Positions 1-9,221 of a stretch of DNA of 55,621 nucleotides are shown piece after piece (position 1 is the stretch's first letter; each line of letters starts with the position of its first letter). The notes under the pieces were generated by a model, which had not been told where the DNA came from, made no database searches, and saw nothing but the letters and a program-made list of their open reading frames with translations. Location of the stretch: assembly GCA_034927475.1 (NCBI GenBank), contig JAYFPW010000006.1, forward strand, positions 75,197-130,817, written 5' to 3'. A program made the position numbers and the translations under genes. Source of the stretch: Candidatus Elulimicrobiales bacterium (GTDB taxonomy: Bacteria > Patescibacteriota > Minisyncoccia > Phycocordibacterales > UBA5272).

Positions 1-1
1 C

Positions 2-652
2 GGAACCAAGTTGGCGGCAGCACTATATTATGGTCACATCTATACCTCCACTGATTCTGGATTAACTTGGACAGAACGAACAAGTGCTGATTCAAGAAGT
101 TGGGTTTCCATCACCTCTTCTGCTGATGGAACAAAACTTGCGGCAGCGGCGGATAGGGATTATATCTACACCTCAGAAGACGGTGGTGAGACTTGGACAG
201 CAGCGACTTCTTCTGGACAAAGAGATTGGGTAGCGATCATTTCCTCAGATAATGGAACAAAACTCGCTGCAATTGTAGACGGAAGTTACATTTACACCTC
301 CTCCGACTCTGGAGCAACTTGGATAGAACGAGAAAATGCTGGAGAAAGAAATTGGACTTCTATCGCTTCTTCCGCTGACGGAAGCAAACTTGCAGCAACA
401 GCAAGAAATACTCCAGGATCTGGTTCTGGTGACTATATCTATACCTCCAACGATTATGGAGCAACTTGGATAAGACAGGATTCGGCTGGACAAAGATGGT
501 GGGTATCCATCACTTCTTCCGCTGATGGAAGTAATCTTGCGGCAGTTGTTAATTACAATATAGAAGGAGTAGAACCAACAAATAATTTTATTTATACATA
601 TCATAACGCTCTTCCGCAAGCCAAAAATGTATCTGCTGTAGTAGTAAGATAG
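2..652 (+). CDS. C-terminal fragment of a BNR/Asp-box beta-propeller repeat protein; the 5' end lies outside the window
   Basis: The frame is open to the window edge: GTK precedes the listed TTG and matches the repeat motif DGTKLAAA. Four to five repeats of about 43 aa follow the pattern YIYTS-D-G-TW ... W-SI-SS-DG-KLAA, which contains the S-x-D-x-G-x-T-W Asp-box. Confidence 0.7.
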   Translation, partial: GTKLAAALYYGHIYTSTDSGLTWTERTSADSRSWVSITSSADGTKLAAAADRDYIYTSEDGGETWTAATSSGQRDWVAIISSDNGTKLAAIVDGSYIYTSSDSGATWIERENAGERNWTSIASSADGSKLAATARNTPGSGSGDYIYTSNDYGATWIRQDSAGQRWWVSITSSADGSNLAAVVNYNIEGVEPTNNFIYTYHNALPQAKNVSAVVVR

Positions 653-666
653 AATATAGAAACAAA

Positions 667-700
667 ATAAAAACGACTCAAGAGGGTCGTTTTTATTTTG
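667..700 (+). terminator. Rho-independent terminator after the BNR-repeat gene
   Basis: Hairpin aaaacgac / gtcgtttt followed by a T-run (ttttattttg). Confidence 0.7.
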
Positions 701-931
701 TTTAGAGATTATTTTTTCTTAGCAACTTTTTTTGCTAGAGCTTTTTTTTACCAACTAAATTTATCACCCGTAAATTCTTCTAGAATTTTATATTTTTATA
801 AACGACACTTATCCACACCTTGTCCTTTACAAAATATTGTCTTTTATAAAATGTCGTTTATAATATAAGTATATAAGTAAAGGGTCGCTAAAGGACATTT
901 ATGTTCTTGGTGGCTTTTTATTTCAAAAAAT

Positions 932-1288
932 ATGGCTTATAAAAAGCAAAAAAGAAAAAAAACTTTATATAAACTTTTAAAATTAGGATTTTTATCTGTC
1001 ATACTTTTGACTGTAACAGGAATTGTTGTTTATAGTATTGTTTTTGGAATTAAAACTAACGCAGAATCTATAACTCAAAACACTGTGCTTTTACAACTGG
1101 AAGAACATTTGGTTTTGCCAGAAAATGAACCTGTTAGCTTAAGGCGTGTCTCTAACGCAAAAGAGCTAGCAATTCAAGACTCTTTTTACAAAGATATTAA
1201 AAATGGAGATTATATTATTGTCTTTGAAAACCTTAGTTTGATTTATGATTTTGATAAAGGTTTGATAAAAAATATTAAGACCAAATAA
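932..1288 (+). CDS. Small membrane-anchored hypothetical protein (118 aa)
   Basis: K-rich N-terminus followed by one hydrophobic helix (LGFLSVILLTVTGIVVYSIVFGI). I recognise no family. Confidence 0.5.
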   Translation: MAYKKQKRKKTLYKLLKLGFLSVILLTVTGIVVYSIVFGIKTNAESITQNTVLLQLEEHLVLPENEPVSLRRVSNAKELAIQDSFYKDIKNGDYIIVFENLSLIYDFDKGLIKNIKTK

Positions 1289-1323
1289 AATCGTTATAAT
1301 TTAGCAAAAAACTCTATTTTTGT

Positions 1324-1352
1324 TTGCATGTTTTTGAAAATTGTGATAATAT
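1324..1352 (+). promoter_or_regulatory. Sigma70-type promoter upstream of tuf
   Basis: TTGCAT, 17-nt spacer, TAATAT, with TG at the extended -10 position (TGATAATAT). Confidence 0.55.
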
Positions 1353-1485
1353 TTCAAGTATTCACTTGACTAGTTTTTTGGTTATGCAAGTGGCTATATT
1401 ATTAGTTTTTAGAAAAGTCCAATATTATTTCGCGAATAGATGTAGAAATAACAAAGACTTATTAATTAATTAAAATAAAATTATT

Positions 1486-2679
1486 ATGGCAGATTTTAAC
1501 AGAACAAAACCTCACGTAAATGTGGGAACAATTGGTCACGTAGACCATGGAAAAACAACTTTAACAGCAGGTATTCTTAATGTTCTTCATCTTCAAAATC
1601 CAAACGTGAAGATTAAGGATGTTAATGAGATCGATAAAGCTCCTGAAGAAAAAGCTCGTGGGATCACAATTTCTCTTTCTCACTCAGAATATGAGACCGA
1701 GAAAAGACACTATGCTCACATCGACGCTCCAGGACACGCGGACTATATTAAGAACATGATTACTGGTGCGGCTCAAATGGACGGCGCTATTCTTGTAGTA
1801 GCAGCTACAGATGGACCTATGCCACAAACAAGAGAGCATGTGCTTCTTGCTAAGCAAGTAGGTGTGCCTCAATTCGTGGTTTTCTTAAATAAATGCGACA
1901 TGGTTGAAGATAAGGACATGCTTGATTTGGTAGAAGAAGAAGTAAGAGAACTCTTAACCAAAAATGGATATGATGGAGCAAACACTCCAATCATTCGAGG
2001 TTCAGGTCTTAAGGCTTCAGAAGCTAAAGATTTAAATGATCCTTGGGCAGCAAAAATTATTGAGCTTATGGACGCTCTTGACTCATGGATTCCAGAGCCT
2101 GTTCGTGAACTTGATAAACCTTTCTTAATGCCTATTGAAGACATCTTCACAATTGAAGGTCGTGGAACAGTGGTAACAGGAAGAATTGAAAGAGGGATGA
2201 TTAAATTAAACGAAGAAATTGAAATTGTTGGACTTACTCCAACTCAAAAAACAACTGTTACAGGTATTGAAATGTTTAATAAATCTTTAGGAGAAGGACA
2301 AGCTGGGGACAACGCAGGACTTCTTTTAAGAGGTGTTAAAAAAGAAGATTTACAAAGAGGACAAGTTCTTGCTAAACCAGGATCTATTACCCCTCATACA
2401 GAATTTGAATGTGAAGTTTACGTTCTTAAAAAAGAAGAAGGAGGAAGACATACTCCATTCTTGAATGGTTACAAACCTCAATTCTATATTCGTACTACAG
2501 ACGTTACTGGAGAATGTACACTTCCTGCAGGATCAGAAATGGTTATGCCTGGAGACACAATCAAAGGTATGCATGTAAAACTTATTGCGCCAGTAGCTCT
2601 TGAAGAGCAAGGAAGATTTGCTATCCGTGAAGGAGGTAAAACTGTAGGTGCTGGAGTTGTTACAAAAATTATCGCTTAA
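1486..2679 (+). CDS. tuf: Elongation factor Tu
   Basis: [11 protein letters not shown]-loop, DAPGHADY and NKCD motifs. Full length, 397 aa. Confidence 0.97.
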   Translation: MADFNRTKPHVNVGTIGHVDHGKTTLTAGILNVLHLQNPNVKIKDVNEIDKAPEEKARGITISLSHSEYETEKRHYAHIDAPGHADYIKNMITGAAQMDGAILVVAATDGPMPQTREHVLLAKQVGVPQFVVFLNKCDMVEDKDMLDLVEEEVRELLTKNGYDGANTPIIRGSGLKASEAKDLNDPWAAKIIELMDALDSWIPEPVRELDKPFLMPIEDIFTIEGRGTVVTGRIERGMIKLNEEIEIVGLTPTQKTTVTGIEMFNKSLGEGQAGDNAGLLLRGVKKEDLQRGQVLAKPGSITPHTEFECEVYVLKKEEGGRHTPFLNGYKPQFYIRTTDVTGECTLPAGSEMVMPGDTIKGMHVKLIAPVALEEQGRFAIREGGKTVGAGVVTKIIA

Positions 2680-2728
2680 GAATTAAAAACTAATCGCTCT
2701 TTATAAAAAATTATTTGTAAATAAAATT

Positions 2729-3172
2729 ATGGCAGAAGATAAAAAAACAGTAACTAAAAAAGCACCAGCAAAAAAAGCTGTAGCTAAAAAGACTGTTGCT
2801 AAAAAAGCAGTCAAAAAAATTGAAGTTGAGGTAGCAAAACCTAAATCAACAAAAAAAGGTAACGAAGAAAATAAACTTCGTATCATGGTTAAGGCTTATG
2901 AGCCTAAAGTGCTTGATATTTCTGTCAAACAAATAATTGATACAGCGAAAAGATTTGATGCAGAAATTTGTGGACCAATTCCTCTTCCAATTGAAATCTC
3001 TAAATATACAGTAAATAGATCTACATTTATTTACAAAGATGCTAGAGAACAATTTGAGATTAGAGTACACAAAAGACTCATAGATATTCTTAATCCAAAT
3101 CCAAAACTAATCGAAGCTTTAACAAGTTTATCTCTTCCTTCTGGAGTAGATATCAACGTTAAAATGGGTTAG
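2729..3172 (+). CDS. rpsJ: 30S ribosomal protein S10 with an N-terminal Lys/Ala-rich extension of about 47 aa
   Basis: The C-terminal 100 aa (RIMVKAYE...GPIPLP...FEIRVHKRLIDI) is typical S10. The N-terminus is made of AKK/VAKK repeats. Confidence 0.93.
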   Translation: MAEDKKTVTKKAPAKKAVAKKTVAKKAVKKIEVEVAKPKSTKKGNEENKLRIMVKAYEPKVLDISVKQIIDTAKRFDAEICGPIPLPIEISKYTVNRSTFIYKDAREQFEIRVHKRLIDILNPNPKLIEALTSLSLPSGVDINVKMG

Positions 3173-3271
3173 TTCGAACGAATTCTTGAAATTCTTGAAA
3201 CTTATTAATTAAATAAATCGACCAATGACTAGACTCTATAAAAGACGTCTGGTTATGTCGTACATGAATAT

Positions 3272-3880
3272 ATGAAATTTACAATTGCTGTTAAGCAGAA
3301 CATGACTCAGTTTTTTGACGAAGAAGGTGTGGTACATCCAGCAACCGTTTTGTCAGCGAGTCCTCTTACTGTTACTCAGATAAAAACAAAAGAAAAAGAT
3401 GGTTACAATGCTGTGCAAGTAGCTTCTATTCCTCAAAAGAAAGAAAGAGTTTCTAAGTCTGTTTTAGGACACACAAATGAAGCTTTTAAAGTTCTTAAAG
3501 AATTTAGAGGAGAAGTAGGAGATTTACAAAAAGGAGCAAATATCAATATTGATATTTTCCAAGCAGGAGATATTGTTACTATTTCAGGAACCTCTAAAGG
3601 AAAAGGGTTCCAAGGTGTGGTTAAAAGACACGGCTTTAAAGGAGGTTGGAATCAACACGGACAAAAACACTCCATGAGAGAGCCAGGATCTATCGGTGGT
3701 GGAGGTCGTGCCGGAGGTAAGGTCATTAAAGGTATGCGTATGGCGGGAAGAATGGGTTCCGATCGCATCACACAAAAGAATGTAAAAGTTCTTGATGTGG
3801 ATGTTGAAAATGGAATTATTCTTGTCAAAGGTGCGGTACCTGGAAAAAGAGGAACTGTTATTGAAATAACTCAAAAATAA
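3272..3880 (+). CDS. rplC: 50S ribosomal protein L3
   Basis: GTSKGKGFQGVVKRHGF motif, and its position after S10. Confidence 0.95.
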   Translation: MKFTIAVKQNMTQFFDEEGVVHPATVLSASPLTVTQIKTKEKDGYNAVQVASIPQKKERVSKSVLGHTNEAFKVLKEFRGEVGDLQKGANINIDIFQAGDIVTISGTSKGKGFQGVVKRHGFKGGWNQHGQKHSMREPGSIGGGGRAGGKVIKGMRMAGRMGSDRITQKNVKVLDVDVENGIILVKGAVPGKRGTVIEITQK

Positions 3881-3898
3881 TTATCCTAAAATAAATAT

Positions 3899-4561
3899 AT
3901 GAAAACAAAAGTATATAATCAATCAGGAAAAGAAGTGAAAGAAATTGATCTTCCAGAAAATATTTTTGGATTAGAGTTCAATGGCGATTTAGTTTCTCAA
4001 GTACTCTATATTCAAAGATCAAATAGACGCGCTGGTACAGCTCACGCAAAAGATAGAAGTGAAGTAGCGGGCGCAAATCAAAAACCATGGCAACAAAAAG
4101 GAACAGGTCGTTCAAGACACGGTTCAAAAAGATCTCCAATTTGGGTTGGAGGAGGTGTGACCCATGGTCCAAGTAAAGAAAAGAACTATAAAAAAGATCT
4201 TCCAAAAGGAATGAAGAATCAAGCGCTCTTTAATTTGCTTTCTGCAAAATTAAAAGATGGAAAGATTTTGTTTGTAGATGAAATCAAATCTACTAGCGCG
4301 AAGACTAAAGACGCTGTAGAAATTATGAAAAATATTTCTACTGTAAAAGATTTTGAAAATCTTTCTTTCAAGAAAAAAGGAAATGTTTATATGACTTTCC
4401 CTAAACTTGATTTAAATGAAAAAAGATCATTCCGAAATCTTCCTTATGTTGTGGCACACAATATGGAAGATTTAAATCCAGTTGATATCGCAAATGCAAG
4501 ATATCTTGTTATTACTAATCCAGAAGCTACTGTCGAATATCTTCAAACTAAATTAAAATAA
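3899..4561 (+). CDS. rplD: 50S ribosomal protein L4
   Basis: KPWQQKGTGRSRHGS...PIWVGGGVTHGP motif, and synteny. Confidence 0.95.
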   Translation: MKTKVYNQSGKEVKEIDLPENIFGLEFNGDLVSQVLYIQRSNRRAGTAHAKDRSEVAGANQKPWQQKGTGRSRHGSKRSPIWVGGGVTHGPSKEKNYKKDLPKGMKNQALFNLLSAKLKDGKILFVDEIKSTSAKTKDAVEIMKNISTVKDFENLSFKKKGNVYMTFPKLDLNEKRSFRNLPYVVAHNMEDLNPVDIANARYLVITNPEATVEYLQTKLK

Positions 4562-4566
4562 AAACT

Positions 4567-4902
4567 ATGGCCAAAAAAGAAACCAAAAAAACCGAAGATA
4601 AAGCAGAAAAGAAAGAAGAAATAAAAGATGTGAAAAGCTCTTTAATCCTTTCTCCTAGACTTACTGAAAAAGCCTCTAATCTTTCTTCAGGAAATATTTA
4701 CACCTTTAATGTAAAAGATTCTGCGACAAAAATTACTTTAGCTAAAGAGATAGAAAAAGCTTATAAAGTTAAACCTTTGAAGATAACAATTATCAATCAT
4801 CCAAGAGAAGCAACTTTCACAAGAAATAAACTTGGATATAAATCTGGATTTAAAAAAGCTTTAGTCACTCTTAAAAAAGGAGACAAAATTGATTTAGCTT
4901 AA
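4567..4902 (+). CDS. rplW: 50S ribosomal protein L23 with a K/E-rich N-terminal extension
   Basis: Lies between L4 and L2. The core reads SPRLTEKAS...YTFNV...KAL. Confidence 0.88.
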   Translation: MAKKETKKTEDKAEKKEEIKDVKSSLILSPRLTEKASNLSSGNIYTFNVKDSATKITLAKEIEKAYKVKPLKITIINHPREATFTRNKLGYKSGFKKALVTLKKGDKIDLA

Positions 4903-4974
4903 AATTATTAAATAATGGTTAATTAAGCCGATAAATTAATTATAAAATTTCGAGAGAAATTTTTAGAAAAAGAT

Positions 4975-5814
4975 ATGAAAAAATATAAACCAACAACACC
5001 GTCACGCAGAACCATGACTGGTATTGAATACAGAAAAATTCTGACAGAGAAAAAACCTCTTAAATCTTTAACTAAAGGATTTAGTAGAGGAGTTGGAAGA
5101 AATTCTCACGGAAGAATTACTTCACCTTATAAAGGGTCAGGACACAAAAGAAGTTTTAGAGATGTTGATTTTAAATATAATAAAATTGATATTCCTGCTA
5201 AAGTCGCTTCTGTTGAATACGATCCAAATAGATCTGGCTTCATCGGTTTAGCAGTTTATGCTGACGGAGAAAAAAGATATGTTCTTCTTCCAAAAGAAAT
5301 TAAAGCCGGAGACAATTTTATTGTTTCTGAAAAAGTAGACTTGGTTCCTGGTAACAGATGTATTCTTAGAAATATCCCTGTAGGAACAAATGTTTACAAT
5401 ATTGAAATCAAAAGAGGCGCTGGAGCTAAAATGGTTCGTAGTGCTGGAAGTTTTGCCCAAGTAGTTGCTCATGACAATGGCTTCACTTCCATTAAACTTC
5501 CTTCTACCGAAGTTCGTAAAATTCCAGATACTTGTTTTGCATCTATCGGATCAGTTTCAAATGATGAATGGAGATTACGTGTCATTGGTAAAGCTGGAAG
5601 AAGTAGATGGCTTGGTGTTCGTCCAAAAACTAGAGCTAAATCTAAGAACCCAGTCGATCACCCATACGGAGGAGGTGAAGGATCTCAACCAAGAGGTACC
5701 AAGAGACCAAAGACTGCAACTGGTAAAATTACAGGAGGTCGAAAAACTAGAAGAAGCAAGAAATATTCAAACCCACATATTGTTTCTAGAAGGGTTAAGA
5801 ATAGGAGAAAGTAA
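4975..5814 (+). CDS. rplB: 50S ribosomal protein L2
   Basis: GRNSHGRITS..., VRPKTRAKSKNPVDHPYGGGEG motif. Confidence 0.97.
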   Translation: MKKYKPTTPSRRTMTGIEYRKILTEKKPLKSLTKGFSRGVGRNSHGRITSPYKGSGHKRSFRDVDFKYNKIDIPAKVASVEYDPNRSGFIGLAVYADGEKRYVLLPKEIKAGDNFIVSEKVDLVPGNRCILRNIPVGTNVYNIEIKRGAGAKMVRSAGSFAQVVAHDNGFTSIKLPSTEVRKIPDTCFASIGSVSNDEWRLRVIGKAGRSRWLGVRPKTRAKSKNPVDHPYGGGEGSQPRGTKRPKTATGKITGGRKTRRSKKYSNPHIVSRRVKNRRK

Positions 5815-5817
5815 TTT

Positions 5818-5846
5818 TTGCAAAAACTAGCAAAATATATTATATT
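5818..5846 (+). promoter_or_regulatory. Candidate promoter for rpsL in the L2-S12 spacer
   Basis: TTGCAA, 17-nt spacer, TATATT. The ATG lies 12 nt after the -10 element. Confidence 0.5.
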
Positions 5847-5857
5847 TTTAAAGATAT

Positions 5858-6283
5858 ATGCCAACAATTAATCAATTAGTTAAAAATAAAAGAAAAAGAG
5901 TGGTAAAAAAGTCCAGATCTTTAACCTTGTCTCAAGGTTGGAATTCTGTTCAAAATAAAGCAAACTATTACAATTCTCCATTTAAAAGAGGTGTTTGTAC
6001 TAAAGTTACAACCACCACTCCAAAGAAACCGAACTCAGCTCTTCGTAAAATTGCCAGAGTCAGATTAACTAATCAACAAGAAGTCACAGCTTATATTCCA
6101 GGAATGAAACATAAACTTCAAGAACACTCAGTAGTTATGATTCGTGGAGGAAGAGTAAAAGACCTTGCTGGAGTTAGATATCATATTGTGAGAGGAAGAC
6201 TAGATTCAACAGGTGTAGAAAACAGAAAACAAGGCCGCTCAAAATATGGTGCTAAAAGACCAAAAGATGGAGCTAAAAAGTAA
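5858..6283 (+). CDS. rpsL: 30S ribosomal protein S12, in a non-canonical position after rplB
   Basis: MPTINQL..., [27 protein letters not shown] motifs. It carries an insertion of about 13 aa ([15 protein letters not shown]) before KRGVC. Confidence 0.95.
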   Translation: MPTINQLVKNKRKRVVKKSRSLTLSQGWNSVQNKANYYNSPFKRGVCTKVTTTTPKKPNSALRKIARVRLTNQQEVTAYIPGMKHKLQEHSVVMIRGGRVKDLAGVRYHIVRGRLDSTGVENRKQGRSKYGAKRPKDGAKK

Positions 6284-6306
6284 AATTTAACAGCTAAAAT
6301 CTTTAT

Positions 6307-6345
6307 AAAAACACTCTTATTATTTAAGAGTGTTTTTATTTTACA
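6307..6345 (+). terminator. Rho-independent terminator after rpsL
   Basis: Hairpin acactctta / taagagtgt followed by tttttatttt. Confidence 0.75.
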
Positions 6346-6380
6346 ACTAAAATAGTTTAGAATTATGTTTATTTTTTTAT

Positions 6381-6409
6381 TTGCTACACACTCTCAAATA
6401 TGTTAATAT
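6381..6409 (+). promoter_or_regulatory. Promoter of the S14-S8-L6-L18-S5-L15-secY block
   Basis: TTGCTA, 17-nt spacer, TAATAT, with TG at the extended -10 position (TGTTAATAT). Confidence 0.55.
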
Positions 6410-6529
6410 ACTTTCGCTAGGGGTAATCAATATTTTGAATATAGTTTTCTATATTTTTATAAAAAATTATATTTATTTTGTTTGATATTCTTCTGGCACA
6501 AATATTATTAAAAATATTTCTAATTAAAT

Positions 6530-6715
6530 ATGGCAAAAACATCAGTTAAAGCAAGAGCAAAAAAGACTCCAAAGTTTTCTACTCGTATAGTTAGAAGATG
6601 TTTTAAATGTGGTCGAAGACACGGATATATGCGCGATTTTGATTTATGCAGAATCTGTTTTCGTGAATTAGCAAATGAAGGAATGATTCCTGGAGTAAAG
6701 AAATCATCCTGGTAA
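6530..6715 (+). CDS. rpsN: 30S ribosomal protein S14, short zinc-binding type
   Basis: 61 aa with CxxC...CxxC ([10 protein letters not shown]...CRICFRE). Confidence 0.93.
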   Translation: MAKTSVKARAKKTPKFSTRIVRRCFKCGRRHGYMRDFDLCRICFRELANEGMIPGVKKSSW

Positions 6716-6735
6716 TTTAAAGAAAAACAAAATAT

Positions 6736-7137
6736 ATGGATCAGATTGCAAACATGCTAGTTAGCATCAAAAATGCCGGTCTTATAAAAAAAGATCACAT
6801 AATAATTCCTCACTCAAAAATCAAAGTTTCTATTTTAGAAGTTTTGAAAAGAGAAGGATTTATTAAAACCTTTGAAGTGCTTGATGCAGGCAAAAACAAA
6901 AAACAAATTAAAATTGTTATTGAGTATACTGGAAAACATCCAAGGATCTTTCCAAAAATTAATAACATAGAAAGAGTTTCAAAATTATCAAAAAGAGTTT
7001 ATTTAGGTTACCGTGATATTCACAAATATAAATACGGTAAAGGTCTCGTAATAATCTCTACTCCAAAAGGTATTCTCACAGACAAAGAAGCTCGTAAAGA
7101 ACTTTGTGGCGGAGAAGTCTTATTTAATATTTGGTAA
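6736..7137 (+). CDS. rpsH: 30S ribosomal protein S8
   Basis: DQIANMLVSIKNA start, GGEVL near the C-terminus, and synteny. Confidence 0.95.
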   Translation: MDQIANMLVSIKNAGLIKKDHIIIPHSKIKVSILEVLKREGFIKTFEVLDAGKNKKQIKIVIEYTGKHPRIFPKINNIERVSKLSKRVYLGYRDIHKYKYGKGLVIISTPKGILTDKEARKELCGGEVLFNIW

Positions 7138-7145
7138 ATAAATAT

Positions 7146-7682
7146 ATGTCAAGAATAGGAAAACAAAATCTAAATATTCCAAGTGGTACAACCGTATCAT
7201 TTGAAAAAGGCGTCTTCTCAGTGAAAGGACCAAAAGGAGAATTGAAAAAAGATTTTAAAGAAGATTTAGTTAAAATCAATATTTCTGAAGAAGGTATCAC
7301 TAGTGAACCTTTAAGAAATGACAAGTTTTCAAAATCTCTTTGGGGAACCTATATGTCTCATATTGAAAATATGATAAAAGGCGTCAACGAAGGTTTCGAG
7401 AAAAAATTAATTATCGACGGGGTTGGATTTAAGTGGGAAGTTAAAGGAGATAAGCTCCAATTAAATATCGGATATTCCCATCCAATCTTTGTAGATATTC
7501 CAAAGACTATCAGTGTGGTAGCTGAAAAAGCAAACCTTACAGTTTCTGGAATTAATCTAGAAGACGTTTCTTTATTTGCTATGCAAGTAAGAAAAGTTAA
7601 ACCTGTCGAACCGTACAACGGAAAAGGTATTAAATATGCCGACGAGGTCGTTATTAGAAAGCAAGGCAAGAAGGCTGCCTAG
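7146..7682 (+). CDS. rplF: 50S ribosomal protein L6
   Basis: MSRIGKQ... is the typical L6 start. I chose ATG 7146, in an AAATATATG context, over the listed 7131. Confidence 0.93.
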   Translation: MSRIGKQNLNIPSGTTVSFEKGVFSVKGPKGELKKDFKEDLVKINISEEGITSEPLRNDKFSKSLWGTYMSHIENMIKGVNEGFEKKLIIDGVGFKWEVKGDKLQLNIGYSHPIFVDIPKTISVVAEKANLTVSGINLEDVSLFAMQVRKVKPVEPYNGKGIKYADEVVIRKQGKKAA

Positions 7683-7710
7683 TAAATTATTTCCTTCAAT
7701 ATAAAAAATT

Positions 7711-8076
7711 ATGAAAAAAATAATTGCAAACAGTAAAGCTGATAAAAGAAAAAAATTGCATAAAAAAATTCGTGCAAAGATTTCTGGAACAGGAGAAGTG
7801 CCACGCCTTGCAGTATTTAAATCTAATAGATTTATCTATGCTCAAATCATCAACGATGATTCAGGAAAAGTATTAGCAAGTGCTAGCGATTTAAAGACTT
7901 ATTTAGATGCAAAAATCAATAAAGTCGAATCAGCAAAAAAAGTTGGGCTTGAATTAGCAGAAAGTGCTAAAAAAGCAAATATTAAAAAAGTTGTCTTTGA
8001 TAGAGGAGGATTTCCTTTTAAAGGTCGTGTCAAAGCTTTAGCCGAAGGCGCAAGAGAAGGTGGTCTAGAGTTTTAA
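7711..8076 (+). CDS. rplR: 50S ribosomal protein L18
   Basis: PRLAVFKSNRFIYAQIIND..., FDRGGFPFKGRVKALAEGAREGGLEF. Confidence 0.95.
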   Translation: MKKIIANSKADKRKKLHKKIRAKISGTGEVPRLAVFKSNRFIYAQIINDDSGKVLASASDLKTYLDAKINKVESAKKVGLELAESAKKANIKKVVFDRGGFPFKGRVKALAEGAREGGLEF

Positions 8077-8100
8077 TTTAAAATCTTGTATATTAAATAT

Positions 8101-8709
8101 ATGTCAGAAATAAAAAAAGAAAACGTAGAAGAAATTGAAGAAGCTTTAAATGAAGAAGTGACTGAAGAAGAAGTAGAAACAGTTTCTGAAGAAAAATCTT
8201 TTCCAAAAAGAAGAGGTGTGGGTGGAAGAAAACCTTTTTCAAAATCTGGAGGAAATAGAGGTAGAGTTCCAAAAGAAAAACCAGAATTTGATTCAAAAAC
8301 AATAGATATTAGAAGAGTGACTCGTGTGGTTTCTGGAGGTAGAAGATTTTCCCTTTCAGTAGCACTTGTTGCTGGAGATAGAAATGGAAGAATTGGTTTT
8401 GGAACAGGAAAGGCTTTGGACACTCAAGCTGCTATTGAGAAAGCTTTTAAGGCTGCTAGAAAAAATATGATGACTTTAAAACTTGATAAAGATAATAAAC
8501 TTCCTCATGATGTTAAAGTTAAATATAAATCTGCAACTCTTTGGCTTACCCCAAATAAAGGAAAAGGAATTATTGCTGGATCTTCTGCAAGAACAATTTT
8601 AGCTCTTGCTGGAGTAAATGACGTTACAGCTAAATTCCATTCTGGAACTAAAAACAAAATGAATAATGCTAGAGCGACAATGAAAGCTCTTTCAGTTTTC
8701 ACTAGATAA
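8101..8709 (+). CDS. rpsE: 30S ribosomal protein S5 with an acidic N-terminal extension
   Basis: IRRVTRVVSGGRRFSLSVALVAGD..GRIGFGTGKA core. About 60 aa of E-rich leader precede it. I prefer ATG 8101 in an AAATATATG context. Confidence 0.92.
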   Translation: MSEIKKENVEEIEEALNEEVTEEEVETVSEEKSFPKRRGVGGRKPFSKSGGNRGRVPKEKPEFDSKTIDIRRVTRVVSGGRRFSLSVALVAGDRNGRIGFGTGKALDTQAAIEKAFKAARKNMMTLKLDKDNKLPHDVKVKYKSATLWLTPNKGKGIIAGSSARTILALAGVNDVTAKFHSGTKNKMNNARATMKALSVFTR

Positions 8710-8774
8710 TTATTAACTTAAAAATTTTTGGAATTATTTTAAAATTAAAATAATCTCCTCAAGATTTTAAAACT

Positions 8775-9209
8775 ATGCAAACACATCAAATAAAAAGAAA
8801 TAATCCTCTCAAAAAATCTAGACAAATTGCTCGTGGAGGTAGACGTGGAAAGCAAGCTGGTCGCGGAGGAAAAGGTCAAACAGCTAGAGCTGGAGCAAAG
8901 CTTCGTCCAGCAATGCGCGACACCATCAAAAAGCTTCCAAAGCTTCGCGGACACGGTATAAATAGATCTCACACTGTAGTTCATAGAGATCCTAAAAGAT
9001 TTGCTTCTGTAAATCTTGGTCAATTAAATGTTTTTGAAAATGGAGAAGTTGTTAACCCGACATCTTTACTTGCAAAAGGATTGGTTGAACTAAGACATGG
9101 TCACTTACCTAAAGTGAAGATATTAGCAAAAGGGGAAATTACTAAAAAAATTAAAGTTGAAAACTGTACTCTTTCCAAGACTGCAGAAGAAAAAATTAAA
9201 GCTTTATAA
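8775..9209 (+). CDS. rplO: 50S ribosomal protein L15
   Basis: G/R-rich N-terminus (RGGRRGKQAGRGGKGQTARAG), and its position before secY. Confidence 0.9.
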   Translation: MQTHQIKRNNPLKKSRQIARGGRRGKQAGRGGKGQTARAGAKLRPAMRDTIKKLPKLRGHGINRSHTVVHRDPKRFASVNLGQLNVFENGEVVNPTSLLAKGLVELRHGHLPKVKILAKGEITKKIKVENCTLSKTAEEKIKAL

Positions 9210-9221
9210 AATTATTAAAAT

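Noticed and set aside
700-900. Possible long-range pairing tgtccttta (about 823-832) with taaaggaca (about 883-893), and a weak hairpin tagcaa/ttgcta near 720-742, both upstream of the 118-aa gene.
   Set aside because: These are AT-rich short complementarities that could easily arise by chance, and I have no supporting context.
3173-3271. An unusually long (99 nt) S10-L3 spacer with a tandem 9-nt duplication (attcttgaa twice, 3182-3199) and a weak hairpin near 3220-3254.
   Set aside because: The pairing is short and ambiguous. There is no terminator or promoter consensus, so I cannot support a regulatory call.
5465-5830. A 121-aa alternative-frame ORF overlapping the 3' end of rplB. Similar cases are 14613-14885 within fusA and 33228-33437 within rpsC.
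   Set aside because: They are fully embedded in highly conserved genes, and nothing independently supports them.
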